Below are positions 19,025-28,188 of a stretch of DNA of 64,000 nt, piece by piece; the stretch's first letter is position 1, and each line of letters begins with the position of its first letter. The stretch comes from an uncultured delta proteobacterium (GTDB lineage Bacteria; Desulfobacterota; WTBG01; CAIYCZ01; CAIRTM01). A model generated the notes under the pieces. The model was given only the letters and a program-made list of their open reading frames with translations, did no database searches and was not told the origin of the DNA. The stretch spans positions 211,672 through 275,671 of the forward strand of contig CAWDSQ010000014.1 of the NCBI GenBank assembly GCA_963804955.1, written 5' to 3'. The position numbers and the translations under genes are program-made.

Positions 19025-19949
19025 ACTGCCCGATATCGTCGAAGGGATTCTGACCAGCTACAGCACGCACCGCGGCATCAATCATATGGAGGGCGCCCTG
19101 CTGCCCGCGCGCGTGGCTGTTGAGGAGCTGGTGGTGACCATCCTCAACGTGCTGTTTCCCGGCTACTATGAAAAGCAGGAACTGCGCTTAAGCGACGTGA
19201 GCCTGTTCGTGTGGGAGCGCATCGTCTCGATCTACCACGGTCTGTCAAACGAAATCGCAAAAAGCCTGCGCACCTCGGCAGATCTGGAGAGCCGGACCGA
19301 TCAGGACATATCGCGGCTTGCCGTTGACAAGGTCGTTATCCTGCTGTCGCGCCTGCCCCATGTTCGGGAAAAGCTAACCGGCGATGTGCGCGCGGCCTAT
19401 GAGGGCGACCCGGCCGCAAAAACCTTCGGGGAAATCATTCTGAGCTATCCGGGACTCTTCGCCATCGCCATCTACCGCGTGGCCCATGAGCTGTACCATC
19501 TGGAGGTGCCGCTGATTCCCCGCATCATGAGCGAATACGCCCACCGCTGCACCGGCATCGACATTCATCCCGGCGCACATATCGGCGACAACTTTTTTAT
19601 CGATCACGGTACGGGCGTCGTCATCGGCGAAACAACCGAAATTGGCGACAATGTCCGCCTCTATCAGGGCGTGACCCTGGGGGCGCTCACCTTCCGTAAA
19701 GACGCCAAGGGCCGCATCATGAAGGGTGGCAAGCGCCACCCGACCATTGAAGACAATGTGGTCATCTATGCCGGCGCCACCATACTCGGTGGAGATACGG
19801 TTGTCGGCAGAAACTCCATCGTCGGCGGCAATGTCTGGCTGCTCGAATCCGTGCCACCCAATACCACCGTCACCCACCAACCCCCGAAGCTCTTCTTCAA
19901 AGAGAAAGAGCCTTCGCCCCGCGATGATGTCTACATGTATTATATTTAG
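19014..19949 (+). CDS. cysE: Serine O-acetyltransferase
   Basis: [31 protein letters not shown]. Confidence 0.95.
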   Translation: MHTKLPDIVEGILTSYSTHRGINHMEGALLPARVAVEELVVTILNVLFPGYYEKQELRLSDVSLFVWERIVSIYHGLSNEIAKSLRTSADLESRTDQDISRLAVDKVVILLSRLPHVREKLTGDVRAAYEGDPAAKTFGEIILSYPGLFAIAIYRVAHELYHLEVPLIPRIMSEYAHRCTGIDIHPGAHIGDNFFIDHGTGVVIGETTEIGDNVRLYQGVTLGALTFRKDAKGRIMKGGKRHPTIEDNVVIYAGATILGGDTVVGRNSIVGGNVWLLESVPPNTTVTHQPPKLFFKEKEPSPRDDVYMYYI

Positions 19950-19961
19950 GATACTGTCAGT

Positions 19962-20040
19962 TGTGATTGGTTGAATCGGCTGAATTTATTAAACTGGGTT
20001 AATTGGCCGGGCTGGTTCTACTGGTTGAGTTGATTATTGG
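19962..20040. repeat. Degenerate ~9-nt tandem repeat (ATTGGTTGA-like) between convergent genes
   Basis: attggttga atcggctga ... actgggtta attggccgg gctggttct actggttga. Confidence 0.45.
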
Positions 20041-20062
20041 GCAGCCTACTACCATGAGCGGT

Positions 20063-21325
20063 TTATTTTGAATCAGTATCGGGCCGGGCAAGGGGCAGAT
20101 AGATGTCGAATACCACACCGCGGGGCAGGTGGCGCTGCAGTTTTATATGCCCGCCGTGTATTGCTATGATCTGATTGCACACGGCAAGCCCCAGTCCCGT
20201 GCTGCTGGGCTTACTGGTATAGAACGGATGGAACACCTTTTCCACATCCCCGTCATCGATTCCTTCGCCCGTATCTGCAATTGAAATTTTAACCTGCCCG
20301 TCTTCAAGAGCAGTCGAAATGTGCAGAACGCCTCCTTTGTGCATGGCGTCGATGGAGTTATGAAAAAGGTTCTGCAGCACATGACGGAACTGGCCCGTGT
20401 CGAGCTCCATTGCCGGAATGCCGGAATGAAAGCTCTCTTCAACCTGTATGCTGTGGCGGGCGAATTCCTGCGCAAATCCCTTGAGCGCATCCTCGATAAC
20501 GCTGCCCAGATACACGCTTGTGAGCTCCAGCTTTCTGGGCCGCACAAAATCCAGAAGCTCCGACAGAATCAGCTCCAGGCGATCTGTTTCATCAACGATG
20601 ATCTGGAGATACTTTGCGCTGGCCTCGTCGGCCTGCTCTTTTTTCAGAAGCCTTCTGGCAAAGCCGCCTATGGATACCAGGGGGTTTCGCAGCCCATGGG
20701 CGACGGTTGCCGACATTTCGCCCACGGCGGCAAGTTTTTCCGAGCGAATGAGGCGGTCGCGGTTCACTTTGAGCTCGCTGTTGACTGCATCAAGCTCGCT
20801 GATTTTCTGCTGCAGGGTCTGCTGGGAAGCGGTCAGCTCGGCGGTTCGCTCATGCACCTTCTCCTCAAGCCTGGCAGCATACTGCTGCATGGCCTCTTCG
20901 GCAAGGGCGTTTCCGGCTGTATCCTCGTAGGTTTCACAAACCCCGATCAGCGAGCCGTCGGCGCCGGTCAGCGGCGTGCATGAAACCCGGTAGAGGTCCT
21001 TGCCGCCGGAGCTCGCCAGGTCAAGCATCACCGTTTGTTTGCTGCCCGTCTCCATGCACCGCAGGGCAGGACAGGCAGGGCAGTTTGTATCAGAGCCGTC
21101 ATGCAGCACGCTGTGGCAGGGGGGGGGGCTGCCCGGCGCTGCAGCCAGGGGAAACCATTTCTGCAGCGTCGCATTCGCACAGACAATACGCCTGTCGGGG
21201 GTAAGAATGACGATGCCGCGGCCAGGGTCATCCATAAGCCCTGCAAGCAGGTTTGAGGACTGCTGCAGCCGCTCAAGCTCTTGAAGCAGTCTTTGATCGT
21301 CGCTTTTCAAGGACATGTAAAACAC
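20063..21325 (-). CDS. PAS-domain sensor histidine kinase (cytoplasmic)
   Basis: PAS with CPACP, coiled coil, H-box VAHGLRNPL, N/G/F boxes (DTGEGI, FYTSK, GLGL). Confidence 0.93.
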   Translation of the reverse strand: MFYMSLKSDDQRLLQELERLQQSSNLLAGLMDDPGRGIVILTPDRRIVCANATLQKWFPLAAAPGSPPPCHSVLHDGSDTNCPACPALRCMETGSKQTVMLDLASSGGKDLYRVSCTPLTGADGSLIGVCETYEDTAGNALAEEAMQQYAARLEEKVHERTAELTASQQTLQQKISELDAVNSELKVNRDRLIRSEKLAAVGEMSATVAHGLRNPLVSIGGFARRLLKKEQADEASAKYLQIIVDETDRLELILSELLDFVRPRKLELTSVYLGSVIEDALKGFAQEFARHSIQVEESFHSGIPAMELDTGQFRHVLQNLFHNSIDAMHKGGVLHISTALEDGQVKISIADTGEGIDDGDVEKVFHPFYTSKPSSTGLGLAVCNQIIAIHGGHIKLQRHLPRGVVFDIYLPLARPDTDSK

Positions 21326-21390
21326 CAGCAGAAAAACATGCGCTGCCCACAGCCAAAGACCGGCACCGCATGAAACAAAAACAACGCAGG

Positions 21391-22572
21391 TTACTTAAAA
21401 TACTTCTTTGCAACTTTGGCAAAGCCTTCAGCCGCGCCCTCGATCATGCGGTCATCAACGCAGTAGGCGATGCGGAAATAGCCCGGGCAGCCGAAGCCGC
21501 TGCCCGGCACCACCAGTATGCGCTCCTGCTGCAGTTCCATGACGAACTGCACATCATCGACCGGCGCCTTGGGGAAAAGGTAAAACGCTCCTTCCGGCTT
21601 GTGAAATTGATAACCCATCCCTCCAAGCAGGTCGCAGAGCCGGTCGCGCTTGCGCTTGTAAAATGAGAGGTCAACCGATACGCCCTGCAAATGCCGCACG
21701 ATGCGCTGCATGGTGGCCGGAGCGTTCACAAACCCCAGGGTGCGGTTGCAGAAAATAAGGCCGCCCATCATTTTGTCAAGCGGCGCAAGAGCAGGGTTCA
21801 CGGCGATGAACCCCAGGCGCTCGCCGGGCAGCGACAAATCCTTTGAATAGGATGTTACAATGAGGCTGTTGCGATAGGCCTGCAGGATGCTCGGGACCTT
21901 CACCCCGTCATAGACGATTTTCGAATATGGCTCATCGGAAATAAGATAGATATCGCGGCCTAGTTTCGAGCATGCGCGGTTGAGCATTTCGCCAAGGGAT
22001 ATGATGGTTTTTGCATCATAGACACGGCCCGTCGGGTTGTTGGGCGAATTGATGAGAACGGCCTTGGTGCGTTCGGTAATTACCGCCTCAATGGCTGCTA
22101 CGTCAAGGTTGAAATCTTCTGTTGTTTGTACCAGCTTCGATATGCCGCCGGCATTGTCGATATAGAAATTATACTCAACAAAATACGGCACCGGCACAAT
22201 GACTTCATCGCCCGGATCAAGAATGGTCTTCAGCACCACGTTGAGCGCCCCGCCTGCGCCGCAGGTCATGACGATGTGGTCGCCGAACATTTCAATGCCG
22301 TGTTCTTCGGACATGTATTCGGCAACGGCCTGCCGCGTCTCCATGTACCCGGCATTTGACATATAGCCGTGCTGCAGTGGCATGCGGTTACGGATCGCAT
22401 CTTCCAGCAGATCAAAAAATTTTTCCGGCGGCTCCACATTGGGGTTGCCAAGGCTGAAGTCATACACTTTGTCTTCGCCGTACTGCTTTTTAAGAATTGC
22501 GCCCTGCTCGAACATCTTGCGTATCCAGGATGCATTCTCCATGAAGTTCTGCACTTTTTTCGAAATTGCCAT
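21391..22572 (-). CDS. Class I/II PLP-dependent (aspartate) aminotransferase
   Basis: NSPNNPTG, SDEPY, SYSKDLSLPGERLG. Confidence 0.93.
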   Translation of the reverse strand: MAISKKVQNFMENASWIRKMFEQGAILKKQYGEDKVYDFSLGNPNVEPPEKFFDLLEDAIRNRMPLQHGYMSNAGYMETRQAVAEYMSEEHGIEMFGDHIVMTCGAGGALNVVLKTILDPGDEVIVPVPYFVEYNFYIDNAGGISKLVQTTEDFNLDVAAIEAVITERTKAVLINSPNNPTGRVYDAKTIISLGEMLNRACSKLGRDIYLISDEPYSKIVYDGVKVPSILQAYRNSLIVTSYSKDLSLPGERLGFIAVNPALAPLDKMMGGLIFCNRTLGFVNAPATMQRIVRHLQGVSVDLSFYKRKRDRLCDLLGGMGYQFHKPEGAFYLFPKAPVDDVQFVMELQQERILVVPGSGFGCPGYFRIAYCVDDRMIEGAAEGFAKVAKKYFK

Positions 22573-22702
22573 ACTGGTCTCCTGCGGTTAATCTGTGCTG
22601 TGTGTGGCTGGACTATGCTAGCCCAAAAAAAACCATAACGCAACAGCCGGGCACGAGGCGCTGCAGCGGCCTCATGGCGCATATAGGCTGCAGCTCACGA
22701 TA

Positions 22703-24403
22703 TTATGCCGGTGCCGACTCCGTCTCAAAGGGCCATGCCAGCATGCCGCCATCCATGAAGGCGACATGGGTACAGCCTGCAGCCTCAAGAATGCGCTGCG
22801 CTTCATAGGCCCGCAGACTTGTCTTGCAGCTGATGATTATCTCCTTCTGCTGCGGAAGAGAAGCTGCCTCGGCGCGCAGCTTTCCAAGGGGCATATGCCG
22901 CACTGCCGGATGCGCGATGCGCTGCTGCTGATACTCCTGGGGGCTGCGCACATCGAGAAAGAGAAAATCATCGCCCCTGTCGAATTTTTCCTTCACGACA
23001 AGCGGCGATATGCCCCGGGCAAGGCCCTGCAACTTGTTTTCCAGAACGCCCGCAGCGGTAATAAAATTGTCCATGGCAGGTGAAAACGGCGGGGCATAGG
23101 CAAGATCAAGCCGGGAGGCCTGCGTTGCCGTGGCAGCGAAGGTAAGGCATGATACGGCAATGTCGAGCCGCTTTGCCACATCGCCCGGCCCGAGCATCTG
23201 GGCTCCGAGCAGCCGGCCGGTCTGTTTCTCGGCAACAAGCTTGATGATAATGGGCTGCGCTCCGGCATAAAAATGCGGCTTGTCAGGGCCGGGCACAATA
23301 ACCGATTCAACATCATGGCCGAGCAGCCGTGCTGCGCGCTCGGTAAGCCCTGTGCAGCCCACGGTATAGGCGAACAGCTTGCACACGGCCGTTCCGAGAA
23401 CGCCCGGAAATGCCGCAAACATGCCTGCGATCGTGTCGGCAATAACCCGGCCATGTTTATTGGCCGTCGAGCCCAAGGGGGCAAAAACGGGGCTGCATGA
23501 GACAAGATGCCTGTTTTCAACACAGTCGCCGCCTGCGTAGATGTCGGGATCACTGGTCTGCAGTTGCTCGTTGACCATGATAGCCCCGGTCTGGCCCAGT
23601 TTCAGTCCGGCTTCCCGGGCAAGCGCGGTTTCCGGTCGCACGCCGACGGAGACAAGCACCATGTCTGCCGGCAAGCTTGCCTGTTCCGTGACAATGCCGG
23701 CAACCCTGCCCTCCCCATCGTCCTCAAAGCGCTGCACCACAGTGCCGGCGAGTATGGTGATGCCTTGGGAGCGGAGATACTTCTGCAGCAGCAGCGCCAT
23801 GTCCGTATCAAGCAGCGCAGGCAGCAGCGTCGGGAGCCGCTCGATGACGGTGACACCGATCCCGTGCTGCGCCAGTGATTCTGCAACCTCGAGGCCGATG
23901 AGGCCGCCGCCGATAATGACAGCGCGGCCGGGCTTGTTACGGCCGATACATTCTTTGATGGCAACAGCATCGGCCATAGTAGAAAGCGTAAAAACATTCT
24001 GAAGCTGTGCGCCCTCAAGGGAAGGAATAAACGGCGTAGCGCCCGTTGCAATGACAAGCCTGTCATAGGCAAAGTCGGCTGCAGTGCCGCTTTCGAGATC
24101 AACGGCTGCAACGATTTTAGCCTTGCGATCGATACGCCGGGCCTCGGTGCGCGTGAAAACCTTCACACCCTTGACTCCCTTGAAAAATGCCCCGTCGCGC
24201 ACAATGCCAAGGGGCGTATCCATAAGGTTTTTAGGCTCGGGCACCATGCCGGCGATATACATGGGAAAGCCGCATGCTGCATAGGACAGGTCTCTGCCCT
24301 TTTCAAGAACAGTTATTTCAGCCTGCGGGTCAATACGGCGCAGGCGGGCAGCTGTTTTCATGCCGCAGGCATTCCCGCCGACGATAACGACTTTTTGGAC
24401 CAT
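22703..24403 (-). CDS. CoA-disulfide reductase/NADH oxidase-like flavoprotein with rhodanese domain
   Basis: IVGGNACG, SYAACG, GGGLIGLE, YAPPFS, C-terminal LDVR..C rhodanese. Confidence 0.9.
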   Translation of the reverse strand: MVQKVVIVGGNACGMKTAARLRRIDPQAEITVLEKGRDLSYAACGFPMYIAGMVPEPKNLMDTPLGIVRDGAFFKGVKGVKVFTRTEARRIDRKAKIVAAVDLESGTAADFAYDRLVIATGATPFIPSLEGAQLQNVFTLSTMADAVAIKECIGRNKPGRAVIIGGGLIGLEVAESLAQHGIGVTVIERLPTLLPALLDTDMALLLQKYLRSQGITILAGTVVQRFEDDGEGRVAGIVTEQASLPADMVLVSVGVRPETALAREAGLKLGQTGAIMVNEQLQTSDPDIYAGGDCVENRHLVSCSPVFAPLGSTANKHGRVIADTIAGMFAAFPGVLGTAVCKLFAYTVGCTGLTERAARLLGHDVESVIVPGPDKPHFYAGAQPIIIKLVAEKQTGRLLGAQMLGPGDVAKRLDIAVSCLTFAATATQASRLDLAYAPPFSPAMDNFITAAGVLENKLQGLARGISPLVVKEKFDRGDDFLFLDVRSPQEYQQQRIAHPAVRHMPLGKLRAEAASLPQQKEIIISCKTSLRAYEAQRILEAAGCTHVAFMDGGMLAWPFETESAPA

Positions 24404-24450
24404 TGTGAGACTCCTTTCAAAAAAAGTCCTCTGCTGATGCACCTTCTGCG

Positions 24451-24696
24451 TTAAAAGGCTTTGGGGCAGCAACCGCCGGAAGCGCAGGGCGATGAGCCGC
24501 ACTGCGGCCCTGTCTGGCAGCCCAGCGACTGGCAGGCGCTGCTGGCCGCAGTGGTGTGAACATTAGGCGCCGACAGTATTTTTTCCAGTCCGGCGGCGCC
24601 GCAGGAGGTGCAGGCAAGGCCTTCAGCCTGACTGCCATAGACCAGAAACTCACTCACAGCGCCGCATTTTTTACACCGGTATTCATAGATGGGCAT
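24451..24696 (-). CDS. FmdB-family zinc-ribbon protein with Cys-rich tail
   Basis: MPIYEYRCKKCG..CTSCG. Confidence 0.9.
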   Translation of the reverse strand: MPIYEYRCKKCGAVSEFLVYGSQAEGLACTSCGAAGLEKILSAPNVHTTAASSACQSLGCQTGPQCGSSPCASGGCCPKAF

Positions 24697-24774
24697 ACGC
24701 AAACTCCCTGCTCAAGTCAAAAAATCAACATTTAAAGGACAAACTTCATGGAAGCTGGCGCCATGGAAAAAACA

Positions 24775-24810
24775 GCAGGGGATTTGTACGCCTGCGTACA
24801 AATCCCCTGC
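24775..24810 (-). terminator. Rho-independent terminator after ferredoxin
   Basis: Perfect 16-bp stem GCAGGGGATTTGTACG/CGTACAAATCCCCTGC followed by a T-run on the minus strand. Confidence 0.75.
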
Positions 24811-24837
24811 ATGATGGTCAACCAGTACCAGCTGCAC

Positions 24838-25011
24838 TCAGTCCATCGAAATAGCTTCGACCGGACACTCGTCAACGCAGGTACCGCAATCGACGCAGGT
24901 GTCGGCATCGATAACGGCCTTATCGTCTTTCAGCGCGATTGCCTCAACCGGGCATACTTCAACGCAGTTTCCACAGCCCGTGCATTTTGCCATATCAGTT
25001 TTTGCTGCCAT
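24838..25011 (-). CDS. 2[4Fe-4S] ferredoxin (57 aa; absent from ORF track)
   Basis: Manual translation MAAKTDMAKCTGCGNCVEVCPVEAI..CVDCGTCVDECPVEAISMD; AAGGAG RBS. Confidence 0.96.
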   Translation of the reverse strand: MAAKTDMAKCTGCGNCVEVCPVEAIALKDDKAVIDADTCVDCGTCVDECPVEAISMD

Positions 25012-25087
25012 AAACTATATCTCCTTTCTAAAATAAAAATATTTTACTATATACCATTGATTTTTCCCTGCTGCAAACACAAAAGCG

Positions 25088-26365
25088 CTACTGGGGGAAA
25101 TTCTCTTCGAGAGACCTCAGCAGGTTATAGAAATCACCCTGTGTGTCGATACTGCGATTTTTCACTTTCAGCGTTTCCGGATTGATGAGTGAGCTGAAGG
25201 CAATACCGTCGATCTCGAGGTTATCACACACCGTAACCATTTCACCCATCCTGCTCTGTTCAATCAGCCGATAGGCTCCCACACCGAGCTGCGATGTCAG
25301 CAGTGAATCATACAGCGACGGCGGAAGCTGCCTCGTTTCGTAGCCGGCTATCTGCGGCTTGAAGCTCTTCTTGGTGCCGGTTTTTCCACTATATATATTC
25401 TCAAGCTCTTTCGCCAGGTGCTCGCCGATTTTTGCCTCGGCAAGGCGCAGGTTGCCGAAGCGGTCCTTCTCCATTATGGCCTTTGCATCCTCGGTCAGCA
25501 TGTCTGCTATGCCCTCGGCAATGCAGAAGACGCCGTAGCCGCGGCCGCGCTGTTCGCGCCTGATGACTATATCGACCAGGTCCTGGGCAAGCTCCTCAAG
25601 GCTGAAAGGTTTATTTTCATAGTCCTCGGGAATGATTGCCTTGGTGCCGCGGCCGTAAATGCTGGCGGCTGCGGTGTACCAGCCGGCCTTGCGGCCCATC
25701 AGTTCAACCACATGATAGCAGTTGGTCGCCTTGGCGTCATCATACAGACCCCTGACAATACGGCCCGCAGCCTCGGCAGCGGTGAAGTAGCCGAATGTCC
25801 AGGGAATGCCGTAATAGTCATTATCGATGGTCTTTGGCACATGCACAACTCCCTGAAAGGGAAATGTTTCGTCCTGTGCAAGACGCCTGCGGGTCAGCTC
25901 ATGGATAAAATTGGCTGTTTTGAGCGTATCGTCACCGCCTATGGAAATAAGGGCGCCGACCTTAAGATATTTGAAAGTATCGATGATGCGGCTGAGCGAT
26001 TCTATTTTTTTCGGGTTATCAAGATCATGGAGGTTTTTGATATCCTTGCCGGGATTGGCCCGCGATGTGCGCAGGATGAAGCAGTTGGCTTCTATGGCAT
26101 CAGAGGCGACCGTCTGGTCGATATATACGAAATGCTTGCCCGGCTGCAAATCCTGAGGCGGGAGGTCCTGCAGAAACTCATAGCCATTATTAAAGCCTAT
26201 CACCTCTATGCCCCGGTCGAGAAACTGCTTGGCGCCGCCCGACAGCACGCGGTTGCCGCCGGGAGCCGGGCCGCCGGAATGCAGCAGGGCCACTTTGAGT
26301 TTCATGGATTTGAGCCGGGCAATAGCCGGTGTCAGCGACTCAAAATGAATATGTTTCACCCCCAT
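25088..26365 (-). CDS. 6-phosphofructokinase, probably PPi-dependent
   Basis: SGGPAPG, GGDDT, PKTIDND, MGR motifs. Confidence 0.9.
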   Translation of the reverse strand: MGVKHIHFESLTPAIARLKSMKLKVALLHSGGPAPGGNRVLSGGAKQFLDRGIEVIGFNNGYEFLQDLPPQDLQPGKHFVYIDQTVASDAIEANCFILRTSRANPGKDIKNLHDLDNPKKIESLSRIIDTFKYLKVGALISIGGDDTLKTANFIHELTRRRLAQDETFPFQGVVHVPKTIDNDYYGIPWTFGYFTAAEAAGRIVRGLYDDAKATNCYHVVELMGRKAGWYTAAASIYGRGTKAIIPEDYENKPFSLEELAQDLVDIVIRREQRGRGYGVFCIAEGIADMLTEDAKAIMEKDRFGNLRLAEAKIGEHLAKELENIYSGKTGTKKSFKPQIAGYETRQLPPSLYDSLLTSQLGVGAYRLIEQSRMGEMVTVCDNLEIDGIAFSSLINPETLKVKNRSIDTQGDFYNLLRSLEENFPQ

Positions 26366-26934
26366 GGGAAGCCCCCTTTGCAGTTTTTTGGTTGCGGTGC
26401 AGCAAAAGCTGAACGAATGTGCGCAATAGAACCATCTGCCCCCGGAGCATTTCCGGCATGCCGGAGAGCAATGCTGCTTATTTAAAGCTATACCTATAAC
26501 TATATACAGAGTAGTGATTCATTTCAAACATATTTCTTGCAGCAGCGGGCTGAAAAGTGCTGGAAAGAAACATCCGGGAGGGCGCTCGCCGGGTACGGTC
26601 TTTCGCCCAAAAAAGCAGCGGCAGATGAAAGAAATCTATATGGAGCATGTGCGGATCATCCGCCCGGCACAGCCAGAAATACGCTCGCCCGATTCCCGTG
26701 CCCGGAACTATCATGCACCATGGAAGGGCCGGGATATGATCCCTGCCTCCGGGGCGGGATGCTCCCGGTAAAAAATGCCCCCCGGCATACAAGGGTTCCG
26801 AGGGGCATTCATCAGATACGTCAAATTGTTACCGCCCATACATCGAGCTCTTGATAGCAGCAGCCGGATGTCGGCACACTCCGCCTGCTTGAGAATCTAC
26901 CCGGCACAGGCCGTACAGTGGTGTTTTTTACGCT

Positions 26935-27522
26935 TCACTTCTTCGGCTTGACGCCTGCTGCTGCAACGCCCTTAATCCACTCGATCTCAAGAGCAAAAGG
27001 TCCCTCCTGCTTGTCGGCGATAAGAAAGCCGAAGGAAGTAATGTCAGAGCTTTTCACCGGGGGCGCATTCGGCACCGGCTGGCCGCGGAATCGAGCGACA
27101 AAGTCCTTAAACGGAACCGTCACCGTCATCCACTGATCTTTTTTGGTTGCGAAGGAAAACTGATAGGCATAGCCGCTGAAGCTGGCGTCTGTTTTTACCG
27201 TGAGCATATATGTTTTTCCGTCTCCCTTGACGCGCACGCCCATGCCCTGAAAACCGCTGAGATCATATTTTTTATTCTCCCGGGAGCTGGTGGAGCAAAA
27301 GCCTCCATTATTCTTCAGCGACACCGTGCCCTTGAAAAGGGCCGTGCCCTTGCCGCCCGGCTGCAGGCTGCTTTCAGAAACGCCGCCCATAACCGTATCG
27401 TTCACGACCTGCCAGGGCTTGAAGCTCTCCGGATTTTTAAAATCAAAAATCATTATTTCCGTCAGTGGCGCACTCATTATAATTCCTCCAAGAAGCATAT
27501 ACGCAAGAATACATGATTTCAT
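26935..27522 (-). CDS. CIA30/NDUFAF1-family protein
   Basis: WQVVNDTVMGGVS, VSLKNNGGF, RVKGDGK, GPFALEI. Confidence 0.92.
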   Translation of the reverse strand: MKSCILAYMLLGGIIMSAPLTEIMIFDFKNPESFKPWQVVNDTVMGGVSESSLQPGGKGTALFKGTVSLKNNGGFCSTSSRENKKYDLSGFQGMGVRVKGDGKTYMLTVKTDASFSGYAYQFSFATKKDQWMTVTVPFKDFVARFRGQPVPNAPPVKSSDITSFGFLIADKQEGPFALEIEWIKGVAAAGVKPKK

Positions 27523-27766
27523 AAAACCCTCCTCATTTGCTTAAGTTATAAGACATGTCACAACCGATCTCCTGCGTCATCCTCGTTATGTGAATCCCGG
27601 GATATCGTCTTCTCCACCAAATGGCAATAGGTGCACCGGCAATGCGTATAAATATATCACAACCCCTTCAAAACATTTTCTTATATTTATATCATGTAAT
27701 TCCAAATACAAGCAATAGCAGGTCAAGTCAATAAGAATCATGTTACAAACAAAAACATGGGCGACA

Positions 27767-28135
27767 CCTAACCCTGTGTCCAAAAAGCTTGGGCAGGATC
27801 ATGTTGTTGCATTCTTATCAGGGAGGAGAGTATGCTTCAGGGGCTTATCAAGGGCAATTGCGCGAGTTAGACATCGTGAGCAGCATGAGCAGCATGAGCA
27901 GGAAAGGCACTTGCCGGGATAACGCGCCGATGGAGGGCTTTTCATTCGCTGAGAACGCGCATGGGTAAATTGTGAGGATTACAAGACTCGTGGTAAAGCT
28001 CGGAGCAGTGTTTTTAGCTACAGAGAGCTGTTTCGCAGCAGAAGGCATTCTTCGTTGCAGTTCAAGAGCCCTTTGGACTTTGAAATCACCATGAATGCCC
28101 CTTATCCAAGAGTACGGAAAACTGGGGGGGGATCA
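27767..28135 (+). mobile_element. Degenerate IS3-family remnant(s): integrase core 3' part and two right-end-like sequences
   Basis: From 27804 translates LLHSYQGGEYAS..SMSRKGTCRDNAPME..YKTR..RRHSSL..SP; ends GTCCAAAAAGCTTGGGCAGGATCA (27801) and GTACGGAAAACTGGGGGGGGATCA (28135). Confidence 0.8.
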
Positions 28136-28188
28136 AAATGAGCCAAAGCAAATTCAGCGCCGGGATGCCCAGCCTTAGTGGAGGGGCA

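Noticed and set aside
17001..19949. Nitrogen fixation inferred from nifU/nifS
   Set aside because: No nifHDK here; NIF-type Fe-S assembly with cysE is ordinary housekeeping in this group.
26470..26920. Short ORFs between pfk and the CIA30 gene
   Set aside because: No recognisable motifs or convincing RBS; overlapping alternatives on both strands.
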